NCBI GenBank assembly: GCA_017561865.1
Contig: JAFZBH010000005.1
Coordinates: forward strand, 28,302-92,301
DNA length: 64,000 nt
Reading direction: 5' to 3'
Origin: Bacteroidales bacterium
GTDB lineage: Bacteria; Bacteroidota; Bacteroidia; Bacteroidales; UBA932
Part shown: positions 40,671 to 48,367 of the stretch, piece after piece
Layout: every line of letters begins with the position of its first letter
Position numbering within the stretch: position 1 is the stretch's first letter
Made by a program: the position numbers and the translations under genes
Notes under the pieces: generated by a model
The model's database searches: none
What the model was told of the DNA's origin: nothing
Seen by the model: only the letters and a program-made list of their open reading frames with translations

Positions 40671-42401
40671 TTATTGTTCATCTTCTATGGTTATCTGCAC
40701 CCGGACGGGATAGATGCCGGTGCTCCGGACCTCGATCATCTTCCGCATCAGAAGTTCCGCCTGAGACAGTTTATCGGAGAAACTGCGCTTGACGAACGGA
40801 GTGCCGGCGAGTGATATTTCCGTCACGATCTCATACCCGCAACCGGCCCCGTCCTGCTGCTGGCGACGGTTCAGGCGCAGTCGCCTGACCAAGTCGCTCC
40901 CGATGCCATAACGCACCATCAATTCCTTGTAGCAGAACATCTTGATGTCGGCGAGCGTGACGATGCGGTCGCCGGTGGCCAGGGAGTATCGCATCAGGCT
41001 GGACAGGGCCCCTTCGTCCCGGATTTCGTCGGTGCCCGGCACGGGAGGGGCGATCAGGCGAAGCTGTCCCGGCTTGAAACCGGAAGGAGCCGTGAACGAA
41101 CTGGACTGACTCAGCTGGCCATTGACCGCCGCCCCGGCGGTGGTCAAGTACTTCACGTTCAGGCTGAAATCCTTTTTCTGCGAGCGATTGCGGGGCATCA
41201 GATAGACGCCCGAGACACTGCGCAGCACGTTTTGCGCGCTCTCCTCCCGGAGTTGGGAGAGCGCCGTTTCCAACTGATAGACCGTATTCTCGGTGAACGT
41301 CCCCTTCAACTGCTGATAGGCATAGAAGTCGGAACGGTACTTGGAAATGACGCAGCCCAGCAGTCTGAGCAGGCTGCCCTGATTGAAACGGTCGCCCGCC
41401 ACCCCCCGCACTTCCAGTTCCGTATTACCATAAATCTGGCTGTCCGACGGACGGACCAGATGCAGGAACTGGCGTGAACTCAGGTTCTTGTCCGGCGTCG
41501 GGCTGGACTGGCCGCCGGCAATCCGCGCAATGGGGCTATCTGAAGAAAGCGTGACCTCGTGCACCTGCGCGTTCACCAGCAGCACGGGATTCAGGCAAAG
41601 GCTGCTCTTGTCGAAACGGAAATCCTCCGGAATGCCCGTGAACTCGAACACCAGATCGATCTGTTCCGTTTCCTGCGGAATGAACTTCTTGGGATCGTGC
41701 CTTTCAATGCAGAACAGACGAATGTTCTGCCGGGCGAACAGGTCCATCGGGAGCAGGGACACATTGCAGACCTGCCCGAGATTATATGTCATCGAATCGG
41801 GCGCGAAGCACGGGGCCAAAGGCAACTCCGAATACTGCCAGGGCTTGATGAGCGGAAGGGGCTGCCCCTTGACGCTCACCGTCAGATTCCGGAAAACAGT
41901 ATCCTTGATGACAAAAGCGAACGACGAAAGGTCGGTCACCGGGTGCTTGAAACCCAGCGAGACCTTCCAGCGGCGGCCGTCCAGGCGCACGACGGAGCGG
42001 ACGTTCGCATTCAGCGCACGCGTTTCCAGCAGCGGGATGAAAGGATGTTCGGAAGAAAGCCTGAAGACACTGCTCTCCCCCAGCGACAATTCAGCCACAT
42101 CATCCTGCAGCGCCGCCTCGACGACTGCCGTCGCAGGCGTGGCGTGTCCCATCTCATAGGGGACCAGAATCCGGGAGAAATCCTCCAGCACTTCTGTTTT
42201 CAGCCGCTCCAGCTCGCCGTCCAGTTCGTTGGACTGATAGGCGAAGGCCATCATCAGCAGCGAGAATACGGGATCCTCGCCGATGCCCTCGAGGGCATCC
42301 GCCTGATCGCTCTGCTGCCAGATGGCCAGTGCCTCCCGCTTCAGTTCTTCGGCTTTTTGCCGCGTTTCAAATAACGTCTGTTTCATCTTTTCTATTTCCA
42401 A
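40671..42401 (-). CDS. tssF: T6SS baseplate subunit TssF-like (alternative ATG start at 42386)
   Basis: 576 aa; DPVFSLLMMAFA, LVP...ATPATAV, LNPVLLVN, YLTTAG.AVN, DRIVTLADIK.FC. Confidence 0.8.
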   Translation of the reverse strand: MEIEKMKQTLFETRQKAEELKREALAIWQQSDQADALEGIGEDPVFSLLMMAFAYQSNELDGELERLKTEVLEDFSRILVPYEMGHATPATAVVEAALQDDVAELSLGESSVFRLSSEHPFIPLLETRALNANVRSVVRLDGRRWKVSLGFKHPVTDLSSFAFVIKDTVFRNLTVSVKGQPLPLIKPWQYSELPLAPCFAPDSMTYNLGQVCNVSLLPMDLFARQNIRLFCIERHDPKKFIPQETEQIDLVFEFTGIPEDFRFDKSSLCLNPVLLVNAQVHEVTLSSDSPIARIAGGQSSPTPDKNLSSRQFLHLVRPSDSQIYGNTELEVRGVAGDRFNQGSLLRLLGCVISKYRSDFYAYQQLKGTFTENTVYQLETALSQLREESAQNVLRSVSGVYLMPRNRSQKKDFSLNVKYLTTAGAAVNGQLSQSSSFTAPSGFKPGQLRLIAPPVPGTDEIRDEGALSSLMRYSLATGDRIVTLADIKMFCYKELMVRYGIGSDLVRRLRLNRRQQQDGAGCGYEIVTEISLAGTPFVKRSFSDKLSQAELLMRKMIEVRSTGIYPVRVQITIEDEQ

Positions 42402-42850
42402 ACGTTGATGACAGATAAATACTGGTAATCGGCGCCGGTCTGCCGGATCACGCCCTTGACGGTCACGTAGATCTTGCGCTCCTCGCGGATATAGGTCATC
42501 GACACGGACACCTCTTCCAAACGTTTCTCATAGGATTCGATCGTCTGCTTAAGCTCCGCCGCAAAGGTGTTGAGATTGTTGGACGAACCGGATATCTTTT
42601 TGTCATAAAGACCCTCCCGACCTTCGAAATAGCCCTTCAGGCCGGAAGAATTGTAGACGACCCCTTCGTTCTCGTTGAAGATCTCGAAACGCAGGTTGTT
42701 GAAGACGAAGCCATATTGCGGATCGGCCGCGCAGCTGTAGCAGGGCGTGGCCATCAGCAGCGCCAGGGCGCTGTCGATCGCCGCCTTCGGGTCGTCCGTA
42801 CGGCCGAGGGCGCCCTTGTCAATCCGCAGTGGTATCGAAATGCTTCCCAT
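42392..42850 (-). CDS. tssE: T6SS baseplate TssE (gp25-like)
   Basis: AIDSALALLMATP...DPQYG...IESYEKRL gp25 signature. Confidence 0.8.
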   Translation of the reverse strand: MGSISIPLRIDKGALGRTDDPKAAIDSALALLMATPCYSCAADPQYGFVFNNLRFEIFNENEGVVYNSSGLKGYFEGREGLYDKKISGSSNNLNTFAAELKQTIESYEKRLEEVSVSMTYIREERKIYVTVKGVIRQTGADYQYLSVINVWK

Positions 42851-42857
42851 AACGGTC

Positions 42858-43997
42858 TCAGATCATCGGATAGAACTTCTCTTCCTCCTCTTCGGGGACA
42901 TACAGGGCGTTGTAGAGCGCATCGTACAGCTCCGGATAAAGCCGGCCGTACAGCGACGGATCCAGTTCCGCGTTCAGCGAATCGTGCAGACCCGGTTTGA
43001 CCTGTCCGTCGATGAATTCGGTCAGGCTGCCGGTCAGCTGCTCCCGCAACTCTTCGCGCAACTCTTCCTTGATCTGAAGAAGCAGCTGTTCGCGCAGTTC
43101 CGGATTCAGGCGCTCGTAGAGTTCGGCCTTGGCCTGGGCGAGCAGGGCTTCATAATCGATCGAATTGTCCTCCAGCACCACGCCGTCCAGAATGCTGGAA
43201 GCTCCCGAGAGATAGTCCGAAAGCCACTGCAGCCATTTCTGGACGTCATACGGGGTAGGCGTGGGCACGGCGACCGGTTTGTCGGTGTTCGGCGTGACGA
43301 TGTAATAGTCGATGGCCTGGGCGATTTCCTGCGTCAACTGGACGAAGTCGCGAACGCTCCCCTCCCAATTGTATCCCTTGAGCAGGAACAGGTAACGCAG
43401 GATGCACCGTTTTCCTTCGCCGTCCACGAGCTTTTCGTGCGCGGCGAGCGCCTGAAGCTTCTCCGCATAAGCCGCACCGAATCCGACGAAACGCGGATCC
43501 GCCGACAGCAGCAGGCAGGGCGGAATGTAGTCCGGATCGACCGCGAACACCCCGTCCGATACCCGGAAACGGGCCACGGGCAGCAGATCCTCCTTGGACA
43601 ACTCTCCCAGATCATGGATCGCATAGGCCTTCACGGTGCTCACATAAGGCACTTCCTCTTTCTCGAAAGCGTGTTCCTGCTCGCCATACGTGACGGTCAG
43701 ATAATACTCATTCCCGAACAGCATCGGAATCGTCAGCGACACCTTCTCGTCGGCGCTCAGGATCCTGCCGGACGGCAGGGCGGCCAGGCAGCGGAAGCGC
43801 TCGATCTCATAGGTATTCCTGACGAAGACGCCCTTGCAGCTGAACTCCGCTCCCGGCAACAACCCCAGTTGCGATCCGCCCAGGGCAGCGCGCACGGCCA
43901 CCTGCTGACGGAAATCCAGGTTCGCGTCCAGCTCCTTGAAGGTCTGGGCGGTAAGCTCCATTCCGGGCATCCAGTTAATTCTCGAATCGATATCCAT
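42858..43997 (-). CDS. tssK: T6SS baseplate TssK-like with repetitive helical C-terminus
   Basis: INWMPGMEL...F, LGLLP, C.A..PSGRI, DPDYIPPCL. Confidence 0.8.
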   Translation of the reverse strand: MDIDSRINWMPGMELTAQTFKELDANLDFRQQVAVRAALGGSQLGLLPGAEFSCKGVFVRNTYEIERFRCLAALPSGRILSADEKVSLTIPMLFGNEYYLTVTYGEQEHAFEKEEVPYVSTVKAYAIHDLGELSKEDLLPVARFRVSDGVFAVDPDYIPPCLLLSADPRFVGFGAAYAEKLQALAAHEKLVDGEGKRCILRYLFLLKGYNWEGSVRDFVQLTQEIAQAIDYYIVTPNTDKPVAVPTPTPYDVQKWLQWLSDYLSGASSILDGVVLEDNSIDYEALLAQAKAELYERLNPELREQLLLQIKEELREELREQLTGSLTEFIDGQVKPGLHDSLNAELDPSLYGRLYPELYDALYNALYVPEEEEEKFYPMI

Positions 43998-44004
43998 AAT
44001 CGTG

Positions 44005-44787
44005 TTATATTTCCGTGTTGTAATCCAGAGTCAGTCCCTCTTTCAGCTCCGGTCCGGAGCCGTGCTGCCGGATGACGATTTCCAGGCGCACTTCCATCGG
44101 GATGAACCATTCGCCGAGGAAGGCCGTCAGCGGCTGCAGGTCGTTGTATAAAGCCTGGACCTCCCCGGCGGAGAGGCCGGGAATGAGCAGCTCGTAACGC
44201 GCGACCGGCAGCCAGCTGCGGGTGCTGTCCGTCCCGCTGTAGCGCCGCTGCGAGAACTGCACTTCGCAATGGAAAACGGCCGAGAGCAGATTGCGTACCA
44301 GGCCGAAATCCCCCCGCCGCTGCCGGATGCAGGGCAGCAGGACGGCGAATTCCCGCACGTACGGATTCTGCTCCGCCGCCAGGTCGAAGCCGAAGTAAGT
44401 CTTCAGGATATACTCCAACTTGCCGTCCAGCAGCTCCGACACCTCCCGCTCGGCTTTCAGTTGCCGGCGGAAGCGGAAGGTATCGATGGGCAGGAACGCC
44501 TCAGAGAGGACCTTGATCCGCTCTTCAAGCGCCTTGTGCTTATCCTGTCTGTCACCTTTCTTCAGTTCTTCCTCCGGAGACAGGAGCCCCTGCGGGAGCA
44601 GGGCCAGGAAGCCGTCCCGGGACAGGGACACGCTCTCCTCTTCGGGCTCCAGCGACAGGATGTCCCGGTTGTAGTTGCGGTAGAACGTCCCGTCGTGACG
44701 GGCGGTCCAGCGCTCCTCCAATTCCGGGTAGAGATAGTTCAAGAGCATCTCCGCCCCTATTTCCGGTATTTGCGTCAGCTCGTTCAT
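44005..44787 (-). CDS. tssG: T6SS baseplate TssG-like
   Basis: GTFYRNYNRDI, LSRDGFLALLPQGL, FLPIDT, LP..RRGD, WFIP. Confidence 0.78.
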   Translation of the reverse strand: MNELTQIPEIGAEMLLNYLYPELEERWTARHDGTFYRNYNRDILSLEPEEESVSLSRDGFLALLPQGLLSPEEELKKGDRQDKHKALEERIKVLSEAFLPIDTFRFRRQLKAEREVSELLDGKLEYILKTYFGFDLAAEQNPYVREFAVLLPCIRQRRGDFGLVRNLLSAVFHCEVQFSQRRYSGTDSTRSWLPVARYELLIPGLSAGEVQALYNDLQPLTAFLGEWFIPMEVRLEIVIRQHGSGPELKEGLTLDYNTEI

Positions 44788-45914
44788 TGCATTTCCATAT
44801 AATAGTCTCCCGTGTCCGCCGTGACGTACAGGACGTCCCGCTCAGGGATACCCAGCTGTGAGAGCGTGAGGCCGGGATACGGGAAAGTCCCGTCAATCAC
44901 CCGCCATTCGTTTTGATACAGGGCGCTCAGCGGGATGCCCCGCCAGGCGGGATCCTGCTCCAGCCGGGCCGCGACGGCCCTGCCGGGCAGCATCACTTCC
45001 AGCCGCCCCTCCCCTTCGCGCCGCAGCACCTCATCCACGAAGCAGTCGCCCGTCAGAGCGATGCTCACCTGCTCCGAGCGCAGTTCCGTCCGCAGGTACG
45101 CAAGCGCCTCCGCCACGCTCATCGCAGCGTGCAGCGAAGAAGGCCGTACCGGCTCCCAGCAGTCGTGCACGGGGCAGTCGGGATCATAAGCCTTGAAGTC
45201 CACCAGCCGGGTGCTCAACCGCTCCCCTTCGTAGTAAAACATCTTGCCGCACAGACTCGTCAGGCTCCCGTCCGCGAGCGCTTCGGGATGCAGGAGTTTC
45301 AGCGCTTCCTGCACCTGCACGGCACCGATTACCGAAGCGATCATCGGGGTTGTCGGTGCCTTGCCCGCTTCTTCTTCGCGGCGGATCACGCCCGAACAGG
45401 GCTGACGCCGCGCCATATCCTTGAGGCCCTCCGGGCCCAGGTTGCAGGCATAGCAGTTCTCGCCGGGAGCGAAGACGCGGACCGTCCCTTCCAGGGTGCC
45501 GATGCCGCCGTCCACCCAGGGGATGCCCGCGCGCATACACAGGCGGTTGATGCAGTAGCGCGCCCAGCGGTTGTCCACGCAGCCGATCACCACGTCCATT
45601 TCCCGGGCCAGGCCCAGGCCCACGTCATAGGCGATGTCCCCCCGGATGGTCTGCACCTCCAGGGCGGGATTCATCCCCTTTAGCCGGTCCCGGGCCGCAT
45701 CCACTTTGTAGCGGCCCGACTCGGCATCCTCCTTCGTGAACAGGACGCTGCGGCTGAGGTTCCCGACCTCCACACGGTCGAAATCGACCAGGATCAGATG
45801 CTCCGCACCCAGCAGCGCGAGGTTCTTGAGCACCTCGTTGCCCAGGGCGCCGCATCCGACCACCATCAGGCGGGCGGCAGCGATCCTGTCCTGTATGAAG
45901 GGGTTATTCGTCAT
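44784..45914 (-). CDS. E1-like (ThiF/UBA) ubiquitin-activating enzyme with C-terminal ubiquitin-fold-like extension
   Basis: GCGALG, DFDRVEVGNLSRSVLF, YK, GCVDN, CYAC, QPCSG (candidate catalytic Cys), DCPVH; C-terminal TLSQLGIPERDVLYV. Confidence 0.88.
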   Translation of the reverse strand: MTNNPFIQDRIAAARLMVVGCGALGNEVLKNLALLGAEHLILVDFDRVEVGNLSRSVLFTKEDAESGRYKVDAARDRLKGMNPALEVQTIRGDIAYDVGLGLAREMDVVIGCVDNRWARYCINRLCMRAGIPWVDGGIGTLEGTVRVFAPGENCYACNLGPEGLKDMARRQPCSGVIRREEEAGKAPTTPMIASVIGAVQVQEALKLLHPEALADGSLTSLCGKMFYYEGERLSTRLVDFKAYDPDCPVHDCWEPVRPSSLHAAMSVAEALAYLRTELRSEQVSIALTGDCFVDEVLRREGEGRLEVMLPGRAVAARLEQDPAWRGIPLSALYQNEWRVIDGTFPYPGLTLSQLGIPERDVLYVTADTGDYYMEMQ

Positions 45915-46617
45915 CGTCGGGGTTCCACTTCATCTTCAGGCCGGCCTGAGCTTCCTGGGCCGAATCCTCTTCTTCCTGTTTCTTGGCCTCTTTCTCAGCT
46001 TGCTCCTCCTGATAGCGGGCATAAGCCTCTTCAATCTCCTTCTCCTTATCGGCACGGAACGTTTTGCTCATCTCGTCATACCTGTCGCGGATCTGTTGAA
46101 GTGAATCCTTGGCCTCATCCACCTCCTCACCTGGTGCATCTATCAGTTTTACCACGATTCGGGCGGCATAGTCCGCCATAGTTGCATCCAGGATGCCATT
46201 ACATGCATCGGAAAGCATCGCCACCGCTTGCATTAAAACGTCGTGCCGGTCTTTATTGACCACCGGCATCGTCGCTACGATATATTGAACCCTGTCTTTG
46301 TCGACCGAATCCGGATTGGCATCCCGTATATCCAAATCAAACTCCGGATGGGCTATCTTGATTCCTTTTACGAGGGGAATCAGCAGGTCAGGGCTCAATG
46401 GCAGAATCTCAAACTGGTCATCACGATCTTTGGGATTCCGGGCTTTGGCCACATTCTCAATCGGTTCGTCGCCGTCCTCCGTTTTGACCATAATCGCAAG
46501 GAGCGCTTCAGGCAAAGCCTTGATACACAAGTTCATATAGCGGTAGTTCAAGAGAGAGACATAGCCTCCCATCTTCTTCTGCGCCTCGTCCAGCAAACTG
46601 ATGATCGATTTTCTCAT
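45904..46617 (-). CDS. Divergent ribosome recycling factor (RRF)-fold paralog with acidic tail
   Basis: Collinear with RRF: EAQKKM..., A.PEALL.I.V, PIENVA, MPVVNKDRH..L, LQQIRD....ADKEKEI. Confidence 0.65.
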   Translation of the reverse strand: MRKSIISLLDEAQKKMGGYVSLLNYRYMNLCIKALPEALLAIMVKTEDGDEPIENVAKARNPKDRDDQFEILPLSPDLLIPLVKGIKIAHPEFDLDIRDANPDSVDKDRVQYIVATMPVVNKDRHDVLMQAVAMLSDACNGILDATMADYAARIVVKLIDAPGEEVDEAKDSLQQIRDRYDEMSKTFRADKEKEIEEAYARYQEEQAEKEAKKQEEEDSAQEAQAGLKMKWNPDDDE

Positions 46618-46622
46618 CTCGC

Positions 46623-47963
46623 TTATTTTTTCTTCATTTTCAAATATACGTCCACTTGGTTATTGCCCCGGGGCCGGACCGTTTTCGTCCTGGGCTTGAA
46701 ACCCGGCTTCGAGAGCGTGACTTCATAGCTCTTCGTGGCATCGAGCCGGACCAGCTGCGGGGTCTGACCGAAATCCTTCCCGTCGATACGGATCCCGGCG
46801 CCCGTCACGTTGCTGTGGATGTTCAGCAGGCCATATCCCGTCCCGGGAGCGGAGAGGTTGATCTCCTGCGGGAAATCATCCTCAATCCACAGCCAGGTGG
46901 CGGCCGACTCCCGGCCGTCCCGCAGGGTCTGCGCCAGATGGAATCCGGGCTCCAGCGCCCCTTCCCACTGCCCCAGGCCCTTCCGCTCCCGGTCCACCCA
47001 GATCTCCGTCCGGGCGTCCGCAGCGGACAGCCTCACATTCGAGCCGGCCTCCAAGGCAGGCTGACCGGCGTTCTCCTCCCCTGCCTCCAAGGGCTCCAGA
47101 GGCGCCATGACCGGCACGGGGTCCGTCTTGCGCAGGTCCCGCGGGGACAGGTCGCGTTCGCTGAGCTCCAGCACCTTCTTCTCGGCGCGCCCCACGAACA
47201 GGAGCGAATCGTACCAACAGCGCTCTTCCCGGAACAGGGCCACCCGGTGATACCCTTCGGCCAAGCGGTAGCTTGTGGCCTCCTCTTTCCGGATCGGCGT
47301 GCCGTCGACGAATAGATCCCCGCCGGAAGCGGGCATCTTCACGCTCAGGAAAGAATAGAACGGCTGCAGCGTCACCCGGATGTCCGTCCGGACGCTGTCC
47401 GAGAGCGTGAACACATCCTCCACGGCTTCGTGGAAGGGAGCCTCGATGCGGTAACTGTGGCTGCCCACCGGAAGGTAATACTCCAGGGTCTCCTGCCGGA
47501 CCGGCCGGGTTACCGAATCCAACTGCAGCAATGCATTGGAAGGGCTGATGTGGAAGACCACCCACTGCTTGGGAGACTTGTAGTCTTTCGTCGGATCGAC
47601 GGCAATCAACAGCGCCTGGTAGTGTTTTCTGCGCTTCAGGTACTTACCGTCGGGGACGCGCCACACGAGCTGGCCGTACTCCGGATGCTTGATGGTCACG
47701 TAAGCCGTCTTGTGGGGCAGCGCAACCGTGATCACGCCTTCGCCCTCCTCGGCCGCCGCCGGTTTCTTCGCTCCGGAAAAAAAGGAGAATCCCTTCTCAT
47801 CGGTAATGAAATCCAACAGGGCGGAAGCCTTGTCCACCGGGACTTCGGCACGCTTCCAGAGCGGCCGGTGCTGAATGCCGAACTCCTCCACCCGCATCTG
47901 CTGTGCCGAAACGGGCAGCAGACAGGCTAAGAGGAGAAACAGGGTCAGGACCGGACGCTTCAT
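46623..47963 (-). CDS. Secreted PEGA-domain protein
   Basis: Signal peptide MKRPVLTLFLLLACLLPVSA; NIHSNVTGAGIRIDG..FGQTP..VTLSKPGF. Confidence 0.8.
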   Translation of the reverse strand: MKRPVLTLFLLLACLLPVSAQQMRVEEFGIQHRPLWKRAEVPVDKASALLDFITDEKGFSFFSGAKKPAAAEEGEGVITVALPHKTAYVTIKHPEYGQLVWRVPDGKYLKRRKHYQALLIAVDPTKDYKSPKQWVVFHISPSNALLQLDSVTRPVRQETLEYYLPVGSHSYRIEAPFHEAVEDVFTLSDSVRTDIRVTLQPFYSFLSVKMPASGGDLFVDGTPIRKEEATSYRLAEGYHRVALFREERCWYDSLLFVGRAEKKVLELSERDLSPRDLRKTDPVPVMAPLEPLEAGEENAGQPALEAGSNVRLSAADARTEIWVDRERKGLGQWEGALEPGFHLAQTLRDGRESAATWLWIEDDFPQEINLSAPGTGYGLLNIHSNVTGAGIRIDGKDFGQTPQLVRLDATKSYEVTLSKPGFKPRTKTVRPRGNNQVDVYLKMKKK

Positions 47964-47973
47964 CGGCTTTCGT

Positions 47974-48363
47974 TTATTTTCCTTCGGCCAGGCAAACGTT
48001 GCCCGGCATCGAAACACTGATGTTTCCGCCCCAGTTGCACATACACTTGCAGTTGTCCAGCAGGGCCGGCATGTTGGAGATCTTCACCTGGCCGCCGGGC
48101 GCCCAGGGCGCCGCAACCACCGGGATGCAGGGCATCGGGGTCAGCACGCCCATCGCCGCCGACGTAGCGGAAGCCACCGTCGGGTTAGATAGCGACTGGC
48201 ACATCCCGAAAGGCATGATGTTGACCATCGGCTTGTTGTCCATAATGTTCCCGATGGGTTTGTTCTGGACCTTCGGGCGCATCGGATCCACCACCATAAA
48301 GGACGACGGCGCCATTCCGAAACTGCATTGGAGCAGCGCTCCTGCACAAACGAACTTTCCCAT
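47974..48363 (-). CDS. DUF4280 PAAR-like spike tip protein
   Basis: VCAGALLQCSFG, NIMPFGMC, PMPCIP....W, C.C.WGG.I. Confidence 0.9.
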   Translation of the reverse strand: MGKFVCAGALLQCSFGMAPSSFMVVDPMRPKVQNKPIGNIMDNKPMVNIMPFGMCQSLSNPTVASATSAAMGVLTPMPCIPVVAAPWAPGGQVKISNMPALLDNCKCMCNWGGNISVSMPGNVCLAEGK

Positions 48364-48367
48364 ATCG

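Noticed and set aside
44784-45914. E1-like gene as ThiF/MoeB of thiamine or molybdopterin synthesis
   Set aside because: No thi/moa genes nearby; it has a C-terminal extension and is linked to a UBC-fold E2, a Ubl and a RING protein
39747-45914. CBASS/Pycsar or a stand-alone Bil defence cassette
   Set aside because: No CD-NTase/cyclase or JAB gene seen, and the genes are interleaved with tssG/K/E/F; a defence role is not excluded, but it is not a standard cassette
45904-46617. Housekeeping frr
   Set aside because: Lacks the conserved GRA and RNxRR motifs, has an acidic tail and is not next to pyrH or tsf
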